In this document: in pieces, positions 21,432 to 32,043 of the stretch
Layout of the letters: every line of letters starts with the position of its first letter
How positions within the stretch are numbered: the stretch's first letter is position 1
Assembly: GCA_001275005.1 (NCBI GenBank)
Contig: JWZX01003352.1
Span: 1-64,000, forward strand
Reading direction: 5' to 3'
Length of the DNA stretch: 64,000 nt
DNA from: Chrysochromulina tobinii
Taxonomy: Eukaryota
Notes under the pieces: model-generated
What the model saw: the letters and a program-made list of their open reading frames with translations, nothing else
Told to the model about the DNA's origin: nothing
Databases searched by the model: none
Program-made: the position numbers and the translations under genes

Positions 21432-24400
21432 ATGAATCCGACGCGGGGGCGCACAACCCGAACGCCGGGTGGCACCGGCGGGCGAATAAAGGCAAGAGAG
21501 GTCGGCGACCTAAGCAAGCAAACGACTCCAACGTCGAGCTTCCTGCGCGTAAAGATCACCCGCGACAGCAAGCCAACGACGCCAGAGTCGAGCTTCCGCA
21601 CTAGACCGACGCGCTCACCAGTGTCACCATCATCTGCCTTGCTCTCGAAGGGCCGGACGTCCCTCGAGCCCGTCTCCGAGGAGGGCAATAGCGCGAGTCA
21701 TGAATGGTCTGGGCTCTCGGGGTTCTCGGGCAGCCGTTCGGCTTCGCCTGGCTCGGAGACCCACACGAATAATGGGTGCTACCTCTCGCCGGCGAGCCTC
21801 CGGCCCCTCGCCGCTGCGCTCGAGGCGGCTCTGGACGCGCCGGATGCGGACCGCGTGATGGAGATGGCTCACGTTCAAATGGAAGCAGCTCTGCATCGTG
21901 AGGTGGATCGCGCGAAGCGTATCGAGCTGGCGTCGCTCCGCGAATTCGCTCAGCGTAAGACCTTCGCGGCCAAGGAGGAGGCCACACGCCACGTTGAAGC
22001 AACGTACAAGCGCATCCTGACCGAGCAGAGGGCCATTCGCGAGGAGCTCGAAGCGGAACTCGCGAGCGTGCGGGCCATCGCTGCGAATGTGACCGAGGCA
22101 CAGGCGGCCGTTGAAAAGGCACGGCTCGAGGCGCAGGAGGCGCGCGACGAGAAGCTCGCGATGAAGCAGGTCGCATCTGCGCTGGCGGCGCGTGCACGCG
22201 AGGTCCTCTCGTCACACCAGGAAGGTCTGAACGCGGTTCGTCAATATAGCGATTCGCTCGAGACTGCGCTTCTGCAGGTCGAGGATGAAAAGACGGCGAT
22301 GGTCCAGGGCGCGGCCGCAGTGACGGCGACCGAGGTGGCCGCCGTAGGAATGCTTGCCTCCAGAAAGATCGCCGAGCAGCGCATGGCGTCGCTGCAGGCC
22401 ATCCTGAAGGCCGAGGAGCAGACACGCGCCGCACAGCTCGAGGCCGAGCTCTTGCGTTGCGAGGTGGCCAAGGCTGCTTCGTTCGCGGCCGACGCGGAGG
22501 CGGCACGCTTCGAGTCGCTCGCGCTGCTCGAGGCGTCCAAATCCAAGGAGGCCGTGTTGCAGATTACGAGCGATGCGGAGCGGCGCGTGGAGCGGGCCCA
22601 GAAGGACTTTGAGCTCAGCCGAGCTGACTTTCAAATGCGTTTGGACGCAGAGCGGCGACTATCAGCTTGTGGGTTGCGCGAGGCCGAGGCGCAAGTCCGA
22701 GCCGCGCTGGCCGAGGGGAGCGCGGCAACGGCGGCGGCGGCCGCCAAGGAAGCTGAGACGAAGAGCACGGTCTTGGCGGAGCGTGCGACGACAGAGAGAG
22801 AGCGGCGCGAGGTGGAGAGAGCGAAGTGGGAGATCGCGTCGCGTATCGAGGCAGTCACCACCGCGGCGCGCATCAATCGTGAGGCAGCGGCCGCGCGTGC
22901 CGCAGCTACGCTCGAGCGCACGAACACGGAGGCTGGGGCGCGCGCGACGGCCGCGGCGGCGCAGTCGGAGGCAAGGCTGGAGTACGCACGCGTGGAGGCG
23001 AAGACGTTACTGGAGGCGGAGCGCGCGATCGATCGGTTTGGAGTGGCGTCGTCGGAGGCCAGGCACGAGCTCTTACGGCAGGCGGCCGAGGCAGAGGCGT
23101 CGGCCAAGCTCGCTGCCAGGCTGGCGGAGGCGGACGCGAGCCAAAAGGCGGCCAAGGCTGGGGCTGAGGCCCGCCACGAGTGGTCTACGACTATCCTCAA
23201 GGCGGCGCGACACGAGGCGGCCGCCGCCTTGAAGGTGGCTGAAGTGTTCGAGAGCACCTTGCAAGCGACGGGCAACGCCAAGCTTGGGGCGGAGAAGAAG
23301 ATTTCCGAGACGCGCGGCATCTACAAGCAGGCGCGCGACGACGCCGAGGCACTCAAGAATGAGGCGACGGAGAAGCTACGGCTGATGACGGAGCAGATTC
23401 GTAAAGCGCTCAAGACCGAGGAGTCCGAGGTGGCCATCATCGGCGCAAAGGCACAGGAGGTCGCGAAGCAGTTTGCGGCCTCCCAGCTCGCTCTTGAGAC
23501 GAAGCGCGCGGCCGAGGTGCGTGAGGTGGAGCAGGCGCGCGACGCGGCGCTCTTGCACGCGGCCGCGGCGCTCCGGATGCGCACAGAGGCGACGGACGCA
23601 GAGTGCAATGCGCTCTGTGAGCAGGCACTAGCCAAGTGGCACGCAGCCAACGCAGAGGCGGAAGAGATGGAGAGCGCTGCGGTGGCAACCATGGCACTCG
23701 CCAGTGCCTCCAGCGGCGGCGCCGAGGCAGATGATGGTGCTGCCGTGGCCTCTGAGATCGTCACGATGGCAGCGCATGCCGCCGAGGCAGCCACTGCCAA
23801 GGCCAAGGCGGCGGCTGCGCTCGTCACGGCGCTCGAAGAAGTGGGCACGGCGCAGGCGGCGAGGGACCGGGCCTCGAGGGACCGTCAGATGGAGCAAGCT
23901 GCCATCAAGGCGAGCCTCGACGCTGCAGCGAAGAAGGCCGAGGCAGATCGGGAGGAGATCTATAGATCACTGCAAGCGGAAGCGACCGATGCGGACCATG
24001 TGCGTTCGCAGCAGGGGAGGCGATTCGAGGAGCAACGCAGGATGGCGAGCTCCGCAGCCCGCGAGAAGAGACAACTCATGGAGGCAGCTGTAGAGAGCGC
24101 ATCGCAGGCGCAGGCGCATGCCGCCGTTGCTGCGCGTGAAGCCAAGGTGCGGATGCAGGAGGATATGGCCCGGATCGAACAGCAACAAGCCAAGGAGGCA
24201 GCTAACCTCGAGGCCGCGCAGAAGGAGCTCGCTCGTGTGCAGGAGGTCGCACGGCAGGCGGCCGAGGCAGCGCTGGAGCGCAAGCGCATGATGGCGCGCA
24301 AGGTTGAGGCGGAGGTGCAGCGCCGGCGGGTAGAGCAAGCGAGGGCGGTGCAGCAAGAGGAGGCGATTGGGCGGCGGCGCGGCGGGCGCGTCTTTCTCGA

Positions 24401-24434
24401 CTCGATGCACAATAACTCGGCGCTCAACGTCTAA
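21432..24434 (+). CDS. Ala/Glu-rich coiled-coil protein, about 1000 aa
   Basis: Long uninterrupted ORF with a Ser/Arg-rich N-terminus and extended heptad patterns. Confidence 0.75.
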   Translation: MNPTRGRTTRTPGGTGGRIKAREVGDLSKQTTPTSSFLRVKITRDSKPTTPESSFRTRPTRSPVSPSSALLSKGRTSLEPVSEEGNSASHEWSGLSGFSGSRSASPGSETHTNNGCYLSPASLRPLAAALEAALDAPDADRVMEMAHVQMEAALHREVDRAKRIELASLREFAQRKTFAAKEEATRHVEATYKRILTEQRAIREELEAELASVRAIAANVTEAQAAVEKARLEAQEARDEKLAMKQVASALAARAREVLSSHQEGLNAVRQYSDSLETALLQVEDEKTAMVQGAAAVTATEVAAVGMLASRKIAEQRMASLQAILKAEEQTRAAQLEAELLRCEVAKAASFAADAEAARFESLALLEASKSKEAVLQITSDAERRVERAQKDFELSRADFQMRLDAERRLSACGLREAEAQVRAALAEGSAATAAAAAKEAETKSTVLAERATTERERREVERAKWEIASRIEAVTTAARINREAAAARAAATLERTNTEAGARATAAAAQSEARLEYARVEAKTLLEAERAIDRFGVASSEARHELLRQAAEAEASAKLAARLAEADASQKAAKAGAEARHEWSTTILKAARHEAAAALKVAEVFESTLQATGNAKLGAEKKISETRGIYKQARDDAEALKNEATEKLRLMTEQIRKALKTEESEVAIIGAKAQEVAKQFAASQLALETKRAAEVREVEQARDAALLHAAAALRMRTEATDAECNALCEQALAKWHAANAEAEEMESAAVATMALASASSGGAEADDGAAVASEIVTMAAHAAEAATAKAKAAAALVTALEEVGTAQAARDRASRDRQMEQAAIKASLDAAAKKAEADREEIYRSLQAEATDADHVRSQQGRRFEEQRRMASSAAREKRQLMEAAVESASQAQAHAAVAAREAKVRMQEDMARIEQQQAKEAANLEAAQKELARVQEVARQAAEAALERKRMMARKVEAEVQRRRVEQARAVQQEEAIGRRRGGRVFLDSMHNNSALNV

Positions 24435-24770
24435 AGGCGTGAGCGCGAGCGCGCAAACTTTGGTAAGGGCTTAGGTTAGACCCGAGCCCCTTAACTCTCA
24501 ACTTAGGCAACAGCAGCGGGGCTCGTGCCATCGATGGCTCGTGCGCACGGGTATTCCGTTATCTCGCCGATGGTTGATCATGAGCAGCCGCGAAGGGCGC
24601 CGCCGCGCCAGAGCGCGCACGGCGAGCAGTTAAGTCTGGAAGGTTTTCCCTTCGCTTAGGTTCAGGTTAACGTATCCGACTACAAGGTGGTCACGGAGTA
24701 AAACCCGAGTCTAAAGTCTATAAAGCGGAGCAACCGCTCGAGCGCGGCACGGGTGCAGCCGTCGGGCAAG

Positions 24771-26147
24771 CTACCCGCGTTTGTACAGCACAGCTCGGTG
24801 CACAGGCCGCCCCTCAAGCTGATGGGTGCGCTCTGTCTCCGAAGCCCACGGCATCGACCGGCTCGCCTGCCAGATGGCGCCGTCGGCGTGCTCTCCACCG
24901 GCTGCCCTCCAGAGTTGCTGTCGTCGCGGGAGCGTGATCGAAGCCGCGAGCGCTGCGCCGCCCGTACCGCCCGCGCCGCCCGTGCCGCCCGCGCCGTTGG
25001 CGGCCGGTTCGAGGTCGTTCGCGCGCGCGTTCCGGAGGAGCGTGAGGGCGACATCCTCAACATTCGAGGCCAAGAAGAGCTGCCCGCCAGGCGCGAGGAT
25101 CTCCGCGATCTCCGCGAAGATGGCCGCATGGCCGAGGAAGGAGGGATCCGCCACTGTGGTGGGCAGCTGCGCGTTACCGCTCGCGAGCGTGGGAGGAACG
25201 GGGGCGGTTGGAGCGGCGGCCGGCTCGCCCACCGCTGCGTTCTTTCCCGAGGAGGCCGAGTCCACATCAGAGTCCACATCGGCATCGGCCTGCTGCTGCA
25301 GCTGCGCGTACGGCGTGGGGCACGAGAGGATGACGCGGTGGCAGCCGCCTGGGTAGCGCCGCGCTGCCCGGAGTACCGCGCGCACGTCGGCACGCACGAA
25401 ATGGCAATGATCCGTGGCGCCCCAGCGAGCACTGACGCCGCGTGCGAAGGCGACGCCTGCACCCGAAAGGTCACACCCAAGAACATTGTCTCCAGCCCAG
25501 GCAGCGGACGATGCGTAGACCAGCGGGCCGCAGCCGAAGCCGCAGCCCAGGTCTATGGTGAGCGGACGGGACGGGTCGCCAAAGAGGGCGTCCAGACGTT
25601 CTTCCGAGGCGCTCGAGCCCCAGTCAGTGTCGAACAAGCCCTCGGCGCTCGCACTCGCCTGCTTGGTAAGCCGAGCAGAGGCGCGAAAGACCCAGCGCGC
25701 CGCGGCCTCAGAGGTCGCGAGCGAAAAGTTGCCACTTCCGAGCGCGCTAGCCACGTCCATAAAGCCAGACTCCGCACGCTCGCTGAGAATCTCGCCAAGC
25801 AAGTCAAAGAGTCCCAGGGGGGAGCGGCAGCCAGCGGCGGCGGCTCGCTCGCCTAGCTGGGCGAGGGTCACCGAGGTGCACGACCGCCTTCGGCCCCATT
25901 TTCTGACCTCCGATGTCGCGTGCTCGGTGAGCTCAGAGAAGAGCCATGGATCCTGAGCGCCGGCAAGTGCCAAGTTGAGAGCGGCATCAACAGGCTTGCG
26001 CCCGCGCAGGTCAGCCTCGATGCACCGCCTCGGCATGCGCAGGCGCGCATCGATAGCAGCTACAGCCTCATCACGCGTGACGATGTCCGCATCGGCGGCC
26101 GCGGCGCGAGCGTGGTTGGACAGATCGAGCAGTGAGATGTATGTCAT
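24771..26147 (-). CDS. TrmB-like tRNA (guanine-N7) methyltransferase domain protein
   Basis: PLTIDLGCGFG, NVLGCD, FVRAD, SCPTPY, LAPGGQLFLASNV, SETE; N-terminal extension. Confidence 0.65.
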   Translation of the reverse strand: MTYISLLDLSNHARAAAADADIVTRDEAVAAIDARLRMPRRCIEADLRGRKPVDAALNLALAGAQDPWLFSELTEHATSEVRKWGRRRSCTSVTLAQLGERAAAAGCRSPLGLFDLLGEILSERAESGFMDVASALGSGNFSLATSEAAARWVFRASARLTKQASASAEGLFDTDWGSSASEERLDALFGDPSRPLTIDLGCGFGCGPLVYASSAAWAGDNVLGCDLSGAGVAFARGVSARWGATDHCHFVRADVRAVLRAARRYPGGCHRVILSCPTPYAQLQQQADADVDSDVDSASSGKNAAVGEPAAAPTAPVPPTLASGNAQLPTTVADPSFLGHAAIFAEIAEILAPGGQLFLASNVEDVALTLLRNARANDLEPAANGAGGTGGAGGTGGAALAASITLPRRQQLWRAAGGEHADGAIWQASRSMPWASETERTHQLEGRPVHRAVLYKRG

Positions 26148-26366
26148 GTTGGTTCAACTCTGGCGACGCGTTGCGGACCCAGGGGTCGTCACGAGAGCGG
26201 AAATCGAATTCTAAGTTTGGAAAACTTCGACGAACGACCGATCCACGGCTCTCCCCGGCGAGAGACCGTGTGGGAGTCTGCCACGTGTTTCGAGATTTCA
26301 TGAAAATCTCGCGGGGCCCGGGGTCAAATACCTCATCAGGGCAAAAATAACCTCGCGGCAATTACG

Positions 26367-26618
26367 ATGTCGGAGAACCAGGGGCACGCCGTCGCCCTCG
26401 CCGCGTACACCGCGGGTCTGGCCTCGTGTTTCGGGATTTCGCACATAGCACCGATTCACAACTTCCTCCACCGCCACTCCCCCACCTTTTATCCGTACCT
26501 CAACGTGATTCTGCCGTGCGGGCGGGCAATCTTTCTCTTGCTCCTCGCCGAGAGAGGAGCAAGGATTTTCGAACAACAACAGCAGCAGCGGTTGCAGAGC
26601 GAGCAGCCGCAGCAGTGA
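26367..26618 (+). CDS. Possible small protein (83 aa)
   Basis: ATG ORF with two hydrophobic stretches and a Gln-rich tail; ends 4 nt before the next ORF. Confidence 0.3.
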   Translation: MSENQGHAVALAAYTAGLASCFGISHIAPIHNFLHRHSPTFYPYLNVILPCGRAIFLLLLAERGARIFEQQQQQRLQSEQPQQ

Positions 26619-26622
26619 GAGC

Positions 26623-28659
26623 ATGGGAAGTATCCCACGCTCGACCGTGGAACTTTCCGCGCTCAGCTGCACAGCTACAATGCTCAGGTCACCGCGGTCA
26701 CCGCGGCCACTACGGCGTCTGCAACTGCCGGGGCCCTACAGCGAATTGCACGGCGCCGTGCGGCGAAAGTGGCTAGGAATGGCCGCGGAAGCATTCGAAG
26801 ACATCGAGGCACAGATTCATTCTGGGCCTCGATGTCGGCTGCGGATTGCTGTGGCCGCGATTGCCGTCTTCGCTGCCTTTGTGGTAGTGTCGGCGGCCGT
26901 CTCCAGCGTCGCGAGTCTCTCACGTGTGGATGGCGTCGTGTTCGTGGCCGCGGCCGCCGCCAATGCTGCGAACGCGACATGCGCTCCGATCGTCGCCTTC
27001 GACCGGCCGCTGTTGTTGCGAACGCGTGCAGGCGATGTGCATACGATTTCCCCGCTACCGTCCGGGGGCTCAAGCGCCTACGAGTACGCGTACCAGCATG
27101 CGCTTCTGATGCTACCGCCCCCTTGCGTGCGCGCCCACCGACTGGTGCCGAATGTGGCCGAGCGGCCCGACCAGAAGACGCTCTGGGCGGGCCGGCTCTC
27201 GGAGCTGCCCGCAGCCCTCGGCCGCACCGCCCCGGGCGCTGGGGTCAGCACGCCTGCTCTGGAGGCGCTCGGCCTCTGTGGATGTGGCTTCGTCCTCTTT
27301 TTGCACGGCAGTGCCGGCCTCACGTATGACAATTGGCGGTATGTGACCATGATGGCTGCTGAGGGATTCGTGGTCCTCGCTCCCGATTCGATGGCGGCTC
27401 CGGCGGAGCTGCGGCTGCGGCATCGTGCGCTAGTACCTGACCTCGCTTCGTCACTCGCGCGCAACGACTCGCTGTACCGCTGGTGGTGCGACGACAACGT
27501 CTATGCCGATGCCGGCTGCACCTCGTTCACCGCGGGCAGCGCGGGCGGCGGCTGGCCCCTCTGCTACACGTCCAGTGCGGCGGAGATCCTCGCCTACCCG
27601 GATGCGTGGCGCTCGTACTATGCACGCGTCTTTGAGTTGAGAAGGCGCGAGGTGGATTGGGCCCTCCAACGCCTTGAGTCGGAGGCACCCACATGCTTCT
27701 GGGGGGCACGGCGCCTCATCCTGGCCGGCTCGAGCGAAGGGGCGATGGTGGCCGCGCGGCTGTTCCACGCGCGGCTCCACGCGCGGCTGAGCGGTCTACT
27801 GCTACTCCAGTGGTCGTGTGAGTCAAACTACTACGTGCCGTGTGCACGCGAGGCGGCCTTTTGTGAGGGAGCATGCCCGGCCAGCATGCCCGTGCTCGCC
27901 GTGATCGCGGAGCAAGATCCTTTCTTCTCGGCGACGAACGCGGACTCGATCGCCACAAAGGTCGCGCGAGCCCAGGGCTACTCGCTCACGGGCGACTGCG
28001 CGGCGCAGTTTGGGCGTCAGCGGCTGGAGCGCGCTGTGTCGATCGTCATTCCACAGCACGGCCTCGCGCAGCACGGACTCACTGAGGCTGTGCCGAACCT
28101 GATGCGGGCGCTGCTTGGCCAGTTCCTGAGCGCGCCCGAGCAGGTAGCCTCGATGGAGGTCGTCGGACCCGAGGCTGGGTTGTGCGCTCGAGAGGAGGAC
28201 GACGAGGAGGAGGAGGACGAGGCATCACCGATGCGACGGCGATGGAGTTGTGAGGAGATCGGGAACGAACCGTTACAGCCGCTGGTCAGCATCACGCCGT
28301 GCAGCTCCTGGCAGGGGGGCGGCAGGCGCACGAAGAGTATTATTCTGGGGGACCGCGCGTGGCCTGTGCGGTGTGACCCCTGTGGTGTCTTGTGTCTAGT
28401 TATCTCGAATCTCGAGGCGCGATCTCGTAACGATCTCGTCGCGTCCCACAGTGCGGGACCGGACACGCAAATGATCGGCGTATCCGATCCTATCCTATGC
28501 GGCGCGGGTACCGGGTTGGACGCGTCGGGGTGTCACGCTTCGCTTCTCTTCCGACTTCGTCTTTCTTCCTGCGTCAACCGCGCATGCATTCATTTCTTAA
28601 TTCTTATAGCGGCGCCCCGCACCCCCGCCGCGGTGACTGTGGTTCTGATATCCTCATGA
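26623..28659 (+). CDS. Membrane-anchored alpha/beta hydrolase (dienelactone-hydrolase-like); termini uncertain
   Basis: FLHGSAG, GFVVLAPDS, nucleophile elbow GSSEG, QDPFF, QHG; N-terminal TM helix. Confidence 0.7.
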   Translation: MGSIPRSTVELSALSCTATMLRSPRSPRPLRRLQLPGPYSELHGAVRRKWLGMAAEAFEDIEAQIHSGPRCRLRIAVAAIAVFAAFVVVSAAVSSVASLSRVDGVVFVAAAAANAANATCAPIVAFDRPLLLRTRAGDVHTISPLPSGGSSAYEYAYQHALLMLPPPCVRAHRLVPNVAERPDQKTLWAGRLSELPAALGRTAPGAGVSTPALEALGLCGCGFVLFLHGSAGLTYDNWRYVTMMAAEGFVVLAPDSMAAPAELRLRHRALVPDLASSLARNDSLYRWWCDDNVYADAGCTSFTAGSAGGGWPLCYTSSAAEILAYPDAWRSYYARVFELRRREVDWALQRLESEAPTCFWGARRLILAGSSEGAMVAARLFHARLHARLSGLLLLQWSCESNYYVPCAREAAFCEGACPASMPVLAVIAEQDPFFSATNADSIATKVARAQGYSLTGDCAAQFGRQRLERAVSIVIPQHGLAQHGLTEAVPNLMRALLGQFLSAPEQVASMEVVGPEAGLCAREEDDEEEEDEASPMRRRWSCEEIGNEPLQPLVSITPCSSWQGGGRRTKSIILGDRAWPVRCDPCGVLCLVISNLEARSRNDLVASHSAGPDTQMIGVSDPILCGAGTGLDASGCHASLLFRLRLSSCVNRACIHFLILIAAPRTPAAVTVVLISS

Positions 28660-28888
28660 AAGCGTGCCTCAACCCTCATATGTACAAAACTCAAAAGCGC
28701 ACTTGCATATGCAGCTGTTTGTGTCGACCCGTTTAAACAGACTCTGCGAATGTGGGTGTGTCTGGCCGAGAGGGGGCCTGAAACGAACGAACGAACGAGT
28801 GACCGCGTAAGAAGCCCCGGCGACGTGATCCAACACGTGATCCCCAGCTGAAGACGAACAACTCGAGCACCTGAACTCAGTTTCGCGA

Positions 28889-31704
28889 ATGCATCGATTC
28901 GCGCTCCCGATCGTGCGTGCGGGCGCCTCCCGGCTGCCGTCGCCGCACCGTGTAACATCGCTGCTGCTCCATTCGACGACCGGGGCGCTGCGCACGTCCT
29001 CGCGCTGTATGGCAATGGGCTCGCATGGCTCTGCTGCGGCACGCGACCACAAAACTGACAGCGTGGCCAACTCTTCGAGCGGAGGAAGCGGTAGCGGTAG
29101 TGGTGGCAGCAATAGCGGCGGCGGGTCATCTTGGGTCAATCCGCTCGCCACGCCCAAGGGTGACTCGCTCAAGAAGTACAGCACCAACCTGACCGAGCTC
29201 GCCCGGGCTGGGAAGCTTGACCCGGTGATCGGCCGCGACGAGGAAATCCGCCGGACGATCCAGGTGCTCGCGCGGCGTCGCAAGAACAACCCGGTGCTCA
29301 TTGGCGAGCCGGGCGTCGGAAAGACCGCCGTCGTGGAGGGGCTCGCGCAGCGCATCGTCGACAAGGACGTGCCAGAGTCACTGCGCGACTGTCAGGTCGT
29401 CTCATTAGACGTGGGTGCGCTGATCGCGGGCGCCAAGTACCGCGGCGAGTTCGAGGAGCGTCTGAAGGCGGTGCTACGCGACGTGAGCGACTCGAACGGC
29501 CAGACCATCCTCTTCATCGACGAGTTGCACACGGTGGTGGGCGCAGGCGCTGCCGAAGGGTCCATGGACGCGTCGAACCTTCTCAAACCTCCATTGGCTC
29601 GCGGCGAGCTCTCGTGCGTGGGCGCGACGACGCTGGCTGAGTACCGGCTGATTGAGAAGGACGCGGCGCTCGCCCGCCGCTTCCAGCCCGTCCTCGTGCC
29701 AGAGCCGACCCCAGCCCAATCGCTGACTATCCTACGCGGGCTCAAGGAGAAGTACCAGGCCCACCACGGCGTGCACATCACTGATGGTGCGCTGCTGGCG
29801 GCCGTGCAGATGGCGCCTTGCATGCACGCGCTCACCATGGCGCCTCCACGTTTCCACAGGTGCTCTGCTGGCGGCCGTGCAGATGGCGCATCGTTACCTG
29901 ACGGAGCGCAAGCTGCCTGACAAGGTCATTGATCTGCTCGACGAGGCGGCGAGTCGGCTGCGCATGCAGCAGGAATCGAAGCCCGAGCCGATCGCTGACA
30001 TGGAGCGGCAGGTGCTCGATCTCCAGATTGAGCTCGCATCTCTCGAGAAGGAGATTGGGAGTGCCGCGGCGACGCGCCGTCGCGAGCTGCAGGCGGACTT
30101 GCATGCGAAGCAGGCGAAGGCGGAGAGCGCGAATGCACAGTGGACGACCGAGCGACGCGCCCTCGAGCAGCGCAAGACGGCGCGCCAGCGGCTGGAGCAG
30201 GCACGCAAAGACCTCGCCGCCGCCGAGCGTGACGGCAACTTCGCAAAGGCGGGAGAGCTCTTGCATGCAGTGGTGCCGCGGCTCGAGAGAGAGCTTGAGC
30301 AGTGGGAAGGGGCCGCGGCTAAAGGTGGCACCGGAGCTGGCGAGGCCGGCGGCGAGGGTGGTGGCATGCTGTCGGAGCAGGTGGCGTCCGCTCACATCGC
30401 CGCGGTGGTGTCCAAGATGACCGGGATCCCGACGACGCAGCTCGACTTGAGCGAGCGCGACAAGCTCCTGCAGCTCGAGGCGAAGCTCGCGCAGACTGTG
30501 GTTGGGCAAGACCACGCGCTCCGCGTCATCGCTGACGCGGTGCGCGTCTCGCGCGCGGGGCTGCAGAACCCCGACAGACCTCTCGGCGTCTTCCTGTTAG
30601 TCGGCCCAACCGGCGTAGGTAAGACGCAGCTATGCAAGGCGCTCGCGGGTCAGCTCTTCGACTCCGAGGAGGCCGTGACGCGCATCGACATGTCCGAGTA
30701 CTCGGAGCGCCACTCGGTCTCGAGGCTCGTGGGCGCGCCTCCCGGGTACGTTGATGGCCACGGATGACCTGCCTTGCATGCAAGCGCTCACCACAGCGCC
30801 CTCGCCCCACTGGGACTCTTCGGAGGCACCTTGATTGCCACTGATGACCTGCCTTGCATGCAAGCGCTCACCACAGCGCCCTCGCCCCACTGGGACTCTT
30901 CGGAGGCACCTTGATTGCCACTGATGACCTGCCTTGCATGCAAGCGCTCACCACAGCACCATCGCCCCACTGGGACTCCTCGCAGGTACGTGGGGTACGA
31001 GGAGGGGGGGCAACTCACTGAGGCAGTGCGCCGCAAGCCTTACTCGGTCGTGCTGCTCGACGAGTTTGAAAAGGCGCACAAGGAGGTGGCGACACTGCTG
31101 CTGCAGCTGATGGACGAGGGGCAGCTGACTGACTCTCAGGGCAAGCGTGTGGACTTTCGGTCGACGATCGTCATGATGACGAGCAATCTGGGTGCGGACG
31201 CTCTCGCGGGCCTCTCCGAGGGTCAGCCGTCCGAGAAAGCTCGACCGCAGGTGATGGAGGCGGTGGCCAAGCATCTACCGCCCGAGTTCGTCAACCGACT
31301 CGACCAGATCGTCCTCTTCGATCGGCTCGACCGCAAGCAGATTGCACGCATCGCGAAGCTCGAGGTCGACAAGGTGGCCGGTCGTCTCGACGAGAGAGGG
31401 CTCGAGCTACACGTGTCCGAGGGGGCCGTGCACTGGCTCGCGGCCGCCGGGTACGATCCCGCGTACGGCGCGCGCCCCGTCGCGCGCGCCGTACGCCAGC
31501 ACATGCTCAACCCTCTCGCGCGCGATGCTTGCGCACGAGACGGCCGGAGGAAACAGCGGCAGCAAGCGCGGCGGGAGTACCGAGGAGCTTCATGTGGTGG
31601 TGGACGCGCCGGTCACGCACACCAAGGACGGCACGCTGCGCATTCGGGTGCTGCCCGAGGCCGAGGTTGAGCAGGCACTGAAGGGCGACACTTGGGCCGT
31701 GTGA
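28889..31704 (+). CDS. clpB: Mitochondrial ClpB/Hsp78 disaggregase; introns 29787-29859 and 30746-30985; apparent frameshift near 31520
   Basis: [30 protein letters not shown]-domain coiled coil, [29 protein letters not shown]. Lacks the Clp N-domain and has a presequence-like N-terminus. Confidence 0.93.
30746..30985 (+). repeat. Intron made of three tandem 80-nt units
   Basis: Exact 80-nt periodicity (ttga..gcca at 30751, 30831 and 30911). Confidence 0.95.
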
Positions 31705-32043
31705 ACAGTGTTATAGCGGGATGTTAACGTGTAAAACGGAGGTCGGGCACGGTGCGAGTGGCGACGCGCGCGACACGAGAGCAGCAGCAGGTCGGTTGGC
31801 ACGCAGCGCACGCAGTCCACACGCCACCGACGTGACACTCCAGCGCCGGACCAGTCCACGGTTTGAGAGCATTGACGGATAATGAGTTTCCAGATCGGAT
31901 TCCGCCCCACCGGGCCGCGGACCCGAACACCACCCTCGACGTGTCGCGCGACGACGTTCCGTCATGCGGGCGGTTCCGAAGGTGGATACTACACATGGTA
32001 CATCTCTAGGACCGTGCTGCTGCTAACTGGCGGGGCCGCCGCC

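Noticed and set aside
24460..24680. TTAGG-like words suggesting interstitial telomere repeats
   Set aside because: Only scattered, degenerate copies with no tandem array.
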